DNA of 64,000 bases, taken from contig CAWHCF010000020.1 in the NCBI GenBank assembly GCA_963827655.1, forward strand, positions 224,001 through 288,000. The letters are read 5' to 3'. The notes under the pieces were generated by a model, which saw only the letters and a list, made by a program, of their open reading frames with translations, was not told the origin of the DNA and made no database searches. Below are positions 31,538-42,310 of the stretch, in pieces. The position numbers and the translations under genes were made by a program. This DNA comes from an uncultured Acidobacteriota bacterium. Its GTDB lineage: Bacteria; Acidobacteriota; UBA6911. How positions within the stretch are numbered: position 1 is the stretch's first letter; the number at the start of each line of letters is the position of its first letter.

Positions 31538-32395
31538 TTACGGGCGAGGGTCAGCCTTTTTTCCGTGGGCATCAAACCAGTCGAAGAGGATCTTGTAGGT
31601 CGCGAGATCACGGTAGCCTCCGTGTCCTCCCGGGACCTCGACCAGCCGGACTTTGCCGCCCGCCGCCTCGAGCCGGGTTTTCTGTTCACGGATCTTGTCG
31701 ATCGCGAAGTTCCTGTCTTTTTGAGCGTTGACCATCAGAACCGGGGTTTTGGCAAGACCATCGACGATGTCCTTGTCCAGGAAAGCGCAGACGCCGGCGA
31801 CGGCGGCGAATACTCCAGGATTCCTGGCCGCGGTGACATAGGTGGCGAGTCCGCCGCTCGAGGCGCCCATGAGATAGACTCGGCTCTCATCGACTTGACG
31901 CTGCCGGATGATTTCGCGCACGACGGCCATGATCACGCCGGGTGTTTCCTTCTTGCAGGCGAATCCGAATTCTGACCCCGCTGCCGTCTCGTGCCAGTTG
32001 TTTGCTGGCGCGGCCGGACAGGCGACAATGTAACCGCGCTCCTCTGCAATAGTCTGGATTCGGTCCGCATTTCCTTTCCATTCGAAATAGCTATGCTCGT
32101 CACCGCCCCCGGGGTGGCACGCGATGACGAGAGGAAACTTCGGCACACTGCCGCCCTCTTTCTCCGGCGCCGGGACATAGCGGCTGGGAAAGAAAATTCG
32201 GTAAGGATGAAGCCGTCCATCGAGCTCTACGACACAGAACTCGGTCGCGAGCTTCTGATCGCCTGCCGCGCGCTCTTGAGCCGGAGACGCGGCGGCGAGA
32301 AAAAGGAAAGCGATTAATACGGCGTGCAGGGTGCTTCCTTGCTTCTTTGGCAAGATTCTTGGTGTCTTGGTGTCCTGGTGGTATTTGTTGCGCAC
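31538..32395 (-). CDS. Alpha/beta hydrolase (esterase/peptidase-like); start uncertain
   Basis: PLVIACHPGGG, VYLMGASSGG and PGGH motifs. Confidence 0.82.
   Translation of the reverse strand: MRNKYHQDTKTPRILPKKQGSTLHAVLIAFLFLAAASPAQERAAGDQKLATEFCVVELDGRLHPYRIFFPSRYVPAPEKEGGSVPKFPLVIACHPGGGDEHSYFEWKGNADRIQTIAEERGYIVACPAAPANNWHETAAGSEFGFACKKETPGVIMAVVREIIRQRQVDESRVYLMGASSGGLATYVTAARNPGVFAAVAGVCAFLDKDIVDGLAKTPVLMVNAQKDRNFAIDKIREQKTRLEAAGGKVRLVEVPGGHGGYRDLATYKILFDWFDAHGKKADPRP
32358..32389. repeat. Octamer arm
   Basis: cttggtgtcttggtgtcctggtggtatttgtt. Confidence 0.8.
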
Positions 32396-32398
32396 GAG

Positions 32399-33284
32399 TT
32401 ACTTCTGCATCTCCTCGCGCAGGATTCGCCATCTGCGCTCTTGCGTATTCGGTGCCGTACTGAAGAGGGATGATCGTGGTCAGTTTCTGGGCCAGGAGCG
32501 CCCGCCGCTTCTCGTCAGTGCCGGCCCAGGCGCGCAGCTGCCGCGAAGCCTGGTCGACATCGTCGCGCGTATTCTGAAGCCGTATCAGGCTGCGCAGCAT
32601 ATCTGCCAGTTCGGGCGGGTCGGACCCACCGGTCGTGTTTCCCATGGTTTTGTCCTGCGCCATGCCCGCCGCCGGCCTTGCCCGGGCGCGCTCGGCCTGG
32701 ATCTCTTCGGCAGTCGGCACCCGGCCGCCGACGTGCTGGGCTACGGCCGCCATGACCTTGGGCGCATCGACCATTCCTGGCTGGACGATGGCGAAGTTGG
32801 CCGATACTTTCTTGTCCTTGGCGACAATCGCAGTGACGGCGACTTCCTTGTTCAAGCCGTAGGAGCCCGGACCCTCGAGGCCATCGAGCGATACGCCGAC
32901 CAGTGATTCCAGACGCAGGGATCCAATGACGGCGCGCATGCGGCGTTCGGCCTCGATCTTGTCCGCGGCCAGGTAGACGATCAATGTCTTCAACCCGGCC
33001 GAGGCCCGGTCCTGGGCAAATCGCTCGCAGGGATGCAGGAAAGCGCCTACATTTCGATCGAGCTGGTGCAGGAAAATCAGAAAGACCGGCGCATCCCCGA
33101 AACGAGAGATGTAATCCACCTCCTTCCCGGCATCGGCCCCGTTTACGGCCAGAACCTTGAACGGTTCGATCGATTCGCCCGGCTGCACTCCCGAAAAAGG
33201 TTTTTCCTGGGCTAGAGCCAAAGGACACGCTACTAACCACACGAGAAAGGCTCGCTTCAGCAATTCGACTCTCATCGTCCTCAC
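32399..33284 (-). CDS. Secreted protein: redoxin-like domain + helical domain; frameshift near 32425
   Basis: FSGVQPGE..PFKVLAVNG domain; corrected end ILREEMQK* at 32399. Confidence 0.8.
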
Positions 33285-36008
33285 CGGTCAAAAACGAATG
33301 CGCGGCTGTTCAGCAGAGCCCAGACCAGATCTTCTACCACGGCGTCGGACTCGCTCGATTGACGAATCCGCGCGAGCCAGAAGTCTCTCTCCTGCCCGGA
33401 AGGCGGGCGGCTCAAAGCCGCGAGGTAAAACTCCTCGACTATGGCCTCAGCTGGGGCCTTCTTCTCCCGCAGTGAATGCAGGCGTCCTCCCGGCGCGCCG
33501 ATCTTCGCATTCAAGGCCGGGCCATTGATCAAATGCAAAGCTTCCCGAACCCCGCCGGCAGCCGGGTTCGGGCCGTCGCAGCTGCCGTCGCGCTGGCATC
33601 GGCCGCAAACATCAAGCAGGTACGACTCGACACCGGGATCGGCGACCTGGCTCGCGCGCGTTCCGGGCGGCAGATTTCCGAAGGTTTCCGGGATGCCGGT
33701 TACATGCGCAATTGCGTCCGCGTAACCATAGGGATCAAGCGGGCGCGCCAGCGCGCGCGAATAGAAGCGGTCGTCCAGGCGATTGATCCCGTTGGGCTCG
33801 GCGCTCCGCTGGTAAGCCTGTGAGGTAACGATGACCTTGATGAGCGCCTTGATGGAATAGGGGCGGGAAGGATTCCCTGCCAATCTCCCTTTGAAGAATT
33901 CGGCCAGCGCGTCGAGAAGCTCGGGGTTCGACGGGGCATTGCTTACCGTAAGGTTATCGACCGGCTCGATAATACCGCGCCCCATGAGGCGGGCCCACAC
34001 CCGGTTGGCGGTCGAGCGCGCGAAATACTGGTTGTCAGGTGAAATCAGCCAATCGGCGAGGGCGATGCGGCGGTCAGGTTCGGTTTGCGGGGCCGCCGTG
34101 TTGTCGGGAAACCCGGGCGCCACGGGTTTGCCCGTCTTGGGATGTTCGATCTCGCCGTGGTCGGCGAGGTGGGTTCCCTTCTCGGTCCGGTCAACCCGGA
34201 CGAAGAATGAAACCATCTGGTGGTATTGAGTCTGGGTCCAGCTGTCGAACGGATGGTTGTGGCACTGAGCGCAGCGCGAGCTGCTTCCCATCAGGGCTTC
34301 GGTGGTCAATTCCGAGAGCAGCTTCGGGTCGTTCGTCTGCCGCAGATAATTTACCGGCGCATCCTGGGTGCCGTCGCCGACGGCGGTTAGAATCTGCTGC
34401 GCCGTTTCGCCAAAAGAAGCATCGGCGCGCAGCCGTTCCTTCAGCCAGGCGGCGAAAACCTGCAAGTTCGGTTCGCCGACGTTTCTTGACTTCACTCGCA
34501 TCAGATCGAGAAGCCACAGGCTCCAGTAGTCTCCGAACTCCGGCCGGTCGAGCAGGGCATCGACCAGACGCGCGCGCTTGTCGGGCGCGCTGTCCCCGAG
34601 AAAGGCGCGGGTTTCTTCGACCTTCGGCAGGGTTCCCAGGATGTCGAGATACGCCCGGCGAATGAATTCCGAATCAGTGCAGCGGGCGGAGGGAAGAATG
34701 CGCAAGCGGAGCAGGTTGTCATTGATCGGTTTGTCGATAAACGACGAAGAGGCTGGAAGGGCGCGGGCAATTTCAGCCGCGTCGCCCGCGAACGGCATCC
34801 CGACGCGCGCCGTGCGAAAGATTCCCATGTAGCGCGCGGCAATGCCGGTCTCTCCTGCGGAATGAATTGTGAACTCGCCGCTAGCCGGTAACGGTTGCGA
34901 TGGCATCGTCGTTGGAGCTGTAGAGCGCGTAGGCGGTGACATCGTCCTTGGAACCGTCGGAAAACGATGCCACCACCTTCAGCTGCCGCTTGCTCCCGGG
35001 AGATTCCGCAAGGGCGACGGCTGGAGTAACGGTCAGCCCGGTGATCCGGCGCGGCTTGGTTGATTCGTAAGGCGCGCCGCCGCGGATCCAGGCGAGGACC
35101 GTGCGGTAGGTCTCGGAGTCTTTGGTGAAGCGTTCCCCCCCGAGGTGGACCTGCTGCATGGTCGGCTTCTTTAACAACAGGCTTTCTTCAGGACGAACGA
35201 AATTGACGCGCCGGCCGCGCAGCTGGTAGATCATCGCTTCGTAGTCCAGCTCGGGATCGTAGCCCAGGAGCGATAGCTTGAATCCGTTCTTTCCTGCTCC
35301 GGCCCCATGGCACGCGCCCGAGAAGCATCCGGCCTTGACCAGCATCGGCTGAACCCGCGTGACGAAGTCGGGCGGAAGAGCGGCGCCCTGGTCCGGGGTC
35401 GAGGAGGGCGCCATGCGCGAGCCCGGTCCACGGTTCAACTCCTCCGCGGTCGGGACGTGTCCGCCCACCAGCTTGGCCACTTCGGCGATAATCCTGGGAG
35501 AATCGGTCAGCCCGGGCTGGACCAGGGTCACGTTGGCCACAACTTTTCGATCTTTGGCCACGATGACAGTCACCGCGGCCTGCTTGTTCAAAGCGTATGC
35601 GCCGGGACCTTCCTCGCCATCGAGCGAAACCGCAGCAGGCACCTCCAGGCTGAGGGATTTGACCACCTGCGCCATGCGCCGTTCGCCGGCGACTTTCTCC
35701 GGCGCCAGATAAACGTAAAGCGTCTTGAGGCCTGCCGACGCGCGCTCGGCTGCGTACCGGTCGCAAGGCCAGAGGATCCGGTAGACGTTCCGGTCGATGT
35801 AGTGCGCAAAGACCAGAAGAAGAGGCGAATCGCCGTAGCGGGAGATGTAATCGACTTCTCGCCCGGAGTCGGGGCCGTTCACGGCCAGGACTTTAAACGG
35901 AAGGAGAGGCTCGCCCGGTTGCGGTCCCGAGAAGAGTGTGTCCTGGGAATACACATGTAGATTCGGGAGAAAGAGCAGCAGGAAGACTGCGGCTGATGCG
36001 CGTTTCAT
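33281..36008 (-). CDS. DUF1549/DUF1553 protein with N-terminal redoxin-like and Ig-like domains; frameshift near 34885
   Basis: GCFSGACHG, EFIRRAYLDILG, CAQCHNHPFD, NRVWARLMGRG and EDLVWALLNS motifs. Confidence 0.88.
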
Positions 36009-36949
36009 TCCGGAAGTCTCGCGACCCGGTAGCGCCCGGCGGTATCCGCCCAGGCCATCCATCGGGCGTCCTGCGACGTTGCGACTGTATGAAGCCAGGG
36101 AATGCGCGCGGACGGTTCGGCGGCGAAAGACTTTACCAACTCGCCCGTCTCCGCATTCAGCAGCCGTGCGCTCCCATCGGCCACCCCAGCCAGCAAAAGT
36201 TGCCGGGCCGGCACATGCGCCAGCCCCAGCACCGGCTGTCCGAAGCCGCGGAAAATCCGCTTCATTCGTCCGATGTCGTGGAGCCATACTCGGATCGTCC
36301 CGTCCGACGACGCGCTGAAGAGCGTCTGGCCGTCGGGAGCAAATATGACGGCCTGCACCGCGCCGTTGTGATTATTGAGCGAGCGTACCATCTTCCCGGT
36401 TGAAGCCTCCCAGATTCGAATCGAACGATCCGCGCTGCCGCTTGCAATCCAGTTTCCGTCGGGCGACCAGGCCACGCAGAGCACGGGACCCGAGTGCCCT
36501 GTCAGCGTGCCCGGAGTCTGTCCACCGGGAAGATCGACGATTCGGATTATCCCCTCAGCCCCTGCGGCAGCGAGGCGCTTTCCGTCAGGGGCGAATGCCA
36601 CGGCATAAACCAGATCTCGAAACGGATTGTCTGCCTGCACCAGCCGCCGCTCACCGGGATTCCACAGCTCGATCCCGCCGTTTCGGCCGGCGTTTCCGCC
36701 GCCCACGGCCAGCGTCTTCGAGTCAGGGCTCCAGGCGGCATCCATTACCTGGGCGAGTTTTGAAGGAAGCTCGAACGCAATCTCGTTCCGTTCGGGGGAA
36801 ACAATCCGGACGGTTTCTCCTCCGGCCAGGGCAACCCAGCGGTTATCCAGCGAGAAACGAACCGCGGCGACTGGAGAAACGACAGCCCAGCCTGGCGCTG
36901 ACGCGAGCGCGATCGCCAGGCAGAAATACATTTTTCGCGTTAACCTCAT
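36005..36949 (-). CDS. WD40 repeat protein, secreted
   Basis: GHSGPVLCVAWSPDG and SGSADRSIRIW repeats. Confidence 0.9.
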   Translation of the reverse strand: MRLTRKMYFCLAIALASAPGWAVVSPVAAVRFSLDNRWVALAGGETVRIVSPERNEIAFELPSKLAQVMDAAWSPDSKTLAVGGGNAGRNGGIELWNPGERRLVQADNPFRDLVYAVAFAPDGKRLAAAGAEGIIRIVDLPGGQTPGTLTGHSGPVLCVAWSPDGNWIASGSADRSIRIWEASTGKMVRSLNNHNGAVQAVIFAPDGQTLFSASSDGTIRVWLHDIGRMKRIFRGFGQPVLGLAHVPARQLLLAGVADGSARLLNAETGELVKSFAAEPSARIPWLHTVATSQDARWMAWADTAGRYRVARLPE

Positions 36950-36958
36950 GGGAGTTTT

Positions 36959-36984
36959 CTCTGCGTCTTTGCGCCTTGGTGGTG
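36959..36984. repeat. Octamer arm
   Basis: ctctgcgtctttgcgccttggtggtg. Confidence 0.6.
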
Positions 36985-36994
36985 GCGGCTTGGA

Positions 36995-38284
36995 TCAACC
37001 GGCGATGAGCTCCCGCATGAAACGTCCGCCTTCGACCAGCTTGATGGGGCGCCCGTCGGCGGTCTTGAACGTCTGGTCGGGATCGACTCCAAGCAGAGTG
37101 TAGAGAGTCCGGGCGAAGTCTTCGGGTGACACCGGAGATTCCACCGGCAGCTCGCCCATCGGGTCGGTCTTTCCGATCACCTGCCCTCCAAGGACGCCCC
37201 CGCCGGCCAGAAGAAGCGAATTCGCCCCGGGCCAATGGTCGCGCCCGCCTCCCGGATTGATCTTGGGCGTGCGGCCGAACTCACCCATCACGACCACCAG
37301 AGTCGTCTCGAGCAGCCCGCGCTGTTCCAGGTCCTCCAGAAGGGAACTGAGAGCGCGGTCCAGTCCGGGCAGCTTGCCCGGAAAGCCATAGGTCAGGTTG
37401 TAGGCGATCTGCTGGTGGGTATCCCATCCGGGATCCATGACGGTGACGAACTTTGCGCCGGCTTCGATCAGCCGGCGGGCGAGCAGGCAGCTATTGCCGA
37501 TCTTAGGCCCGTACTGCTCTCGGGTTGCGGCGGATTCCTTCGCCAGGTCGAAAGCCTCTTTGGCTTTGGGCGAAGTGACCAGCCTGTAGGCTTGCTCGAA
37601 AAAGCTGTCGCGATCTCTGGCTTGCGGGTTGTCTTCCAGTCCCCTCTGAAATGAATCGAGGGTCTGGACCATGGCCTGGCGCGTGCGCATGCGCTCTTCC
37701 GTCAATCCGATCGGAAAGTCGAGATCGCGCACCTTCACACCGCCGCGCGCAGGGTCTCCTCCCGCAATGAAAGGGCTGAAAGCTCCCGGAAGATAGCCGG
37801 CGCCCATGTAAGGCCGGGTCTGTGGAACGCCGATGTATGGCGGCAGGGCGCCGCTCTCACCTTGGGTCCGGCTGACCACGGATCCAAAACTTGGGTACTG
37901 CAGTGAGGGCGTCGGCTTGTACCCCGTATTCAAATAGGTACCGGCCTGGTCGTGCTCGCCGATGACCGAAGTCAAGGTGCGGACGAGCGCGATTTTCTTC
38001 ATATGCTTCGCGATCGACGGCAGGTGCTCGCAGACGTGAACTCCCGGAATGGTTGTTGGAATTGACTTGAATGTGCCCCGAACCTCTGACGGCGCGTCCG
38101 GTTTGAGATCGAAGGTGTCGAGATGACTGGGACCGCCATCGAGCCAGATGAAGATGCAGGACTGGGCTTTTGCTTGCGCCGCCTTCAGCCGCTGCCACTC
38201 GGGAAGCGTGATCCCAAGAAAGGCGAGCGATCCCAGCTTCAGAGCATGGCGGCGGGTGACACCGTCACAGCGCGTCTCTGGCAT
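36995..38284 (-). CDS. DUF1501 protein (Tat signal)
   Basis: TRRHAL; WLDGGPSHLDTFD, LLARRLIEAG, WDTH, GEFGRTP and GRDHW motifs. Confidence 0.93.
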   Translation of the reverse strand: MPETRCDGVTRRHALKLGSLAFLGITLPEWQRLKAAQAKAQSCIFIWLDGGPSHLDTFDLKPDAPSEVRGTFKSIPTTIPGVHVCEHLPSIAKHMKKIALVRTLTSVIGEHDQAGTYLNTGYKPTPSLQYPSFGSVVSRTQGESGALPPYIGVPQTRPYMGAGYLPGAFSPFIAGGDPARGGVKVRDLDFPIGLTEERMRTRQAMVQTLDSFQRGLEDNPQARDRDSFFEQAYRLVTSPKAKEAFDLAKESAATREQYGPKIGNSCLLARRLIEAGAKFVTVMDPGWDTHQQIAYNLTYGFPGKLPGLDRALSSLLEDLEQRGLLETTLVVVMGEFGRTPKINPGGGRDHWPGANSLLLAGGGVLGGQVIGKTDPMGELPVESPVSPEDFARTLYTLLGVDPDQTFKTADGRPIKLVEGGRFMRELIAG

Positions 38285-38301
38285 GAGTGAATCTTCTCCT
38301 T

Positions 38302-38315
38302 TGGAACATGTTCTA
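38302..38315. promoter_or_regulatory. Palindromic operator TGGAACATGTTCTA
   Basis: Abuts the AAAGGAG RBS of the DUF1501 gene. Confidence 0.75.
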
Positions 38316-38471
38316 ATCGATTCCACCCCTGAAGACGAACTAGCAATCATAATACCGCACGATCGAATCCGGTCAACCTAATTTACCTTTAGTGTTTCTT
38401 AGGCGCTTGGCGAAACGTTCAAACCAACATGTTGTCGTTCGAAGGCCTTCGTTGGGCGAAGTCCCCAACAA

Positions 38472-38520
38472 CCTTAGCGTCTTCGTGTCTTCGTGGTTAG
38501 GGTTTGTGAAACAAATACCA
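38472..38520. repeat. Octamer arm with partial partner
   Basis: ccttagcgtcttcgtgtcttcgtggtt ... aacaaatacca. Confidence 0.75.
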
Positions 38521-38524
38521 TCTG

Positions 38525-40210
38525 TCAATACTTGTCGAGTTCCGCCTGCAGGGCTGCGATCTGCGTCTGGGCATACTCGGTTCCGTACTTCAAGGGCAGG
38601 ATCATTCCCAGCCGCAGGGCCAGGTCGGAGCACCGCGACGGATCCGTGCCCGCCCAGCTTCGGAGCGCGGCCAGGACCCGGTCGACTTCCGCGTTGGTGC
38701 GGGAGTTGTCGCTCTTCAGGCTCCAGAGCAGGCGCATGAGCTCAGGCGGATCACCGCGGATCATGCTGCTCATGCCGGTTCCTGACGGGTCGGATTTGCT
38801 GCGCATCATGAACTCGATCCGTCGAGCGATCCCGAGTTCCTCGCGCGTCTGGACGCGCCCGCCGACGTGCGCGGCCAACTCGGTCAAGATTGGAACCGAG
38901 TCGACGATCGAGGGCTGAGTCAGGACGAAGTTCGAAACCACCCTCCGGTTCCGGGCAAACAAGATCGTCAGTGCCGCTTCCCTGTTCAACCCGTAGGAGC
39001 CTGGTCCTTCGGCGCCTTCGACCGAGACGCCGACCTGCAGGTGCAGCCGCATCTCGGCGAGTGCGGCCCTCATCTTGCGCTCCCCCTCGACCTTGTCCGG
39101 CGCGAGATAGACGTAGAGAGTCTTGAGCCCGCCGGCTGCGCGATCCTGCGCGAAGCGCTCGCAAGGCAGGATGAAAGCCTCCGCGAGCCGGTCGAGATGG
39201 TGAATGAATATCAGGAAGGTCGGGTCGTCTCCAAATTGGGTGATGAAGTCGACTTCCTTGCCTGCTTCGGGTCCGTTGACCGCGAGCACCTTGAAGGGCG
39301 CAAGCGCTTCGGCTGCCTGCGGCCCGGAAAAAATCTGGGCTGCCTCGAGATCCTGCTTGAGCCGCTGCAGCCGTGCCCGCGCAGGGGCGGAGATTCCGCC
39401 TTCGAGAAGGGGCGTGATCCTCGACGCCAGAAGCTTGCCCCGGATGACATCCGAGCCCGCCCACGCCCGGAGGTCCGCAACTTCCCGGTCGACGTCGGCT
39501 TCCCTCGCCTGCGGACGCGCCGCGCGCCGGAGCGTCTCCGAAAGCGCCCCCGCATAACTCGCGCTCCGCCCCCGCCTGGGCGGACCGTACAGGAAATCAG
39601 CCTCTTCACTCAGCGGAACCAGACGGGCGCCGTTTCCGTTGGAGGGGCCGCGAAGGAACTCCTCCGCAGCCGGGACCCGGCCGCCTACGAGTTTAGCCGT
39701 CTCCGAGATGATCTGCAGGGCGGCTGGATAGCCCGGTTGAATGATGACGACGTTCGCGACTACGCGGCCCTCCCGGGCAAGGATCGCTGTGACGGGAACC
39801 TCCCGGTTGAGCCCGTACAAACCCGGGCCCTCGGACCCGTCGAGCGAGACCGACATCGGGACCTGGAACCCCATCGATCGATCCCAGTCGCGTATGCGCC
39901 GCTCGCCTGAAACCCGGTCGGCTGCCATGTAAACGAGGAGTGTCTTCAGCCCTGCCTGGACGCGGTCGCCGGCGAAGCGATCGATCGGCCAGAAGGTATT
40001 GATGATAGGGCGGGTCACATCGTGGACGAACAGAAGCAGAATGGGAGCCTTGCCGAATTGTGAGACGAAGTCGGTCTCGCGGCCCGCCTCGGGACCGTTG
40101 ACAGCCAGGACCCGAAACGGCGTGAGCGCCTCGCCAGGCTGCGGTCCGGAGTACGGCTTCTCCTGGGCCGCAACCGCCATCACCGCGAACAATAGCAGAA
40201 ATGCTCGCAT
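38525..40210 (-). CDS. Secreted protein with two tandem (redoxin-like + helical) units
   Basis: YSGPQPGEALTPFRVLAVNG and FSGPQAAEALAPFKVLAVNG; ends YGTEYAQTQ. Confidence 0.85.
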   Translation of the reverse strand: MRAFLLLFAVMAVAAQEKPYSGPQPGEALTPFRVLAVNGPEAGRETDFVSQFGKAPILLLFVHDVTRPIINTFWPIDRFAGDRVQAGLKTLLVYMAADRVSGERRIRDWDRSMGFQVPMSVSLDGSEGPGLYGLNREVPVTAILAREGRVVANVVIIQPGYPAALQIISETAKLVGGRVPAAEEFLRGPSNGNGARLVPLSEEADFLYGPPRRGRSASYAGALSETLRRAARPQAREADVDREVADLRAWAGSDVIRGKLLASRITPLLEGGISAPARARLQRLKQDLEAAQIFSGPQAAEALAPFKVLAVNGPEAGKEVDFITQFGDDPTFLIFIHHLDRLAEAFILPCERFAQDRAAGGLKTLYVYLAPDKVEGERKMRAALAEMRLHLQVGVSVEGAEGPGSYGLNREAALTILFARNRRVVSNFVLTQPSIVDSVPILTELAAHVGGRVQTREELGIARRIEFMMRSKSDPSGTGMSSMIRGDPPELMRLLWSLKSDNSRTNAEVDRVLAALRSWAGTDPSRCSDLALRLGMILPLKYGTEYAQTQIAALQAELDKY

Positions 40211-40276
40211 GATCCCTGGTGTACAAAAGACGCGGATTAACGGTGAGAGCGCGGATCGCGCGTGATTCGATCCGCG

Positions 40277-42041
40277 TCAGCGAAAATCTCCCCCGGCGCC
40301 GCAAAGCAAGCTTGGCGATCTCGCTCGCACTCAGCGCCCGATGGTACAACCTGACCTCCCTGATCCTGCCGGAGAAATAGTCGAACTCGCCGAAGCCGAT
40401 CTTGAGAGGCGCCGTGGTCGATAGATCATAGTCCCCCGCGGTAAAGGGCTGGGATGTCGCCTGGAGCTTGCCATCGATGTAGAGCTCCAGCCGGCCGCCG
40501 CGGCGCAATGCCGCCAGGTGCTTCCAGCCGGCGCCCAGGTCGCGATCGTAGCAGACGCACTGGCCCGCCTGGAACGCAAAGACCTTTCCGCGCGTATTGG
40601 CAGGGGCATCGGCCAGGGCGCTGGTATAGCCGCCGATCCCGGCGAACAGCTTGCCGCCGTGAACCGTGAGGCTGGTCACTCGCCCCCAGCGGATGTTCTT
40701 CAACGGCGCTCCTTCGGCAACCTCCGGGCTTGAAAACCGGCGGAGCCGTGTCCAGCTTTGCTCGCCCTCGAAACGAAACACCTCCGCGCCGGGGATGGTA
40801 CCGGCATAGAGTTTGCCGTTGTAGACCACGAGCGCATTGCTTTCGGTGCTATCCCCAAGCCGGCCGCAGTCGATCCACTGGCCGTTGTCATAGGCCCCTA
40901 CTTTGCCGGTCGGCCAGGTGGTAGCGTGAAGTTTCCCGCGATAGACCATCAGGGCATGGATCTGGTCTTCGCGCTCGGGCATCTGGATCGGGCATCCCAG
41001 GCTCGTCCATTTCGCGCCGTCGAAGGCGTATACCTGTGCCTGCCGGAAGGCTCCGCCCACGTTGCCGCCGAAGGCGCCGACGTGCAGCATCCCGTCGTGC
41101 ACGAGCATCGGATGAACCAGGCTCGGAAACGAACCGCAGGGCCGCCACGACTGTCCACCCTCCCATACGTGGCACTGGTTGTCGTCTCCGAGGACGTACA
41201 GGTTGCCGTTATAGGAAGCCAACCCGAACAGCCTGCGGCACCGGCCAGGCGCGCCGCAGTCTTCCCATTCCTGTCCGCCCCGGTAGCGATAGACATGGCA
41301 CGTATCCAGCGCCTCCTTGCTGACCCGCGTCCAGTCGTAGCTCCAGTTCGCCGCAAACAGACTCGATTCGTGAACGATCATCGGACCCACGCCGCGGGTC
41401 TTCAAGGCACCGACGCGACCGCAGTCTTCCCAGCGCGCGGAACCCGCGTAGCGGTAGACGTGGGACCAGTCACGCTCGGTGGCGCCGTCGGTGGTGGCGG
41501 CGTAGAGGCTGCCATCGAAGACGGTCAGGGAGTTGCTCACGTAGCTGCTCGTGGGACTCGGCCTGCCGCAGTCCTCCCACTCACCGGTCCTGGCGTTGTC
41601 GATGCCGAACGCGACATGCCGGTCGCTACCCTGGCCGTTGTAGCCACCGGAAGTCGAGTAAAGGGAGAGCGTGAAACCGCGCCTCGCCGCGGGATCGAAT
41701 TTCGATACGACATCGCCGAGCGTGTCGAGGACGGGAGCCTCCGTGTAGACCCACGACGAGATCGAGAAGTCGCCTGTCCGCGGATCGAGCACAGGACGGG
41801 CCGGAACTTCGAGGTAGCTGCCCCGTCCGTCGAACTGCCCGGTCTCGAGGTTTACGCCGTGGTTCACTGCGTGGTTTTCCTGGCCGGAGTGATCTCTTGC
41901 GTCTCCGCGGAGGGGCCAGTAACCGACCAGCTTGGATTCACGGGTCTGGGCGCGGGCGGCCACGGGAAGAAGCGCAGCCGCGCGAAAGAGCTGCCGCCGT
42001 GTCAGTGAACGTGGCGCGTGAAAGGGCCGCCCATCGGACAT
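40277..42041 (-). CDS. LamG-like jellyroll protein with inserted repeat propeller, Tat signal; 3' end probably frameshifted
   Basis: TRRQLF; LVGYWPL; WEDCG repeats; FSGRIREVRLYHRALS. The assembled frame runs into the next gene; TGA at 40277 lies in a shifted frame. Confidence 0.8.
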
Positions 42042-42310
42042 ACTAGATCTCTCCGCAGATCCGAAGGTCAGACGGCTGGGATCGACCTCGAGCAATTCCG
42101 CGAGCTTCCCCAGCCAGGGGCACAGGCCGGGAGAAGACGGCTTTGATGAAGCCGCGTGAATCGGTGCGGCTACCAAGGGGGTTACTCCGCGGGCGCGCCG
42201 TCCTTCGACTGTGCGTAGCCGATCAGAGAGAGCGTCGCCAGAATGTCGGGTCACGAATCGCTGCTTATCTTATAGGATGTAGCGGTGCCGGATCAATCCC
42301 GACCCTTGTT

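Noticed and set aside
39693-40276. C-terminal extension of the LamG ORF overlapping the next gene
   Set aside because: Reads as off-frame sequence of 38525-40210; explained by a frameshift near 40300.
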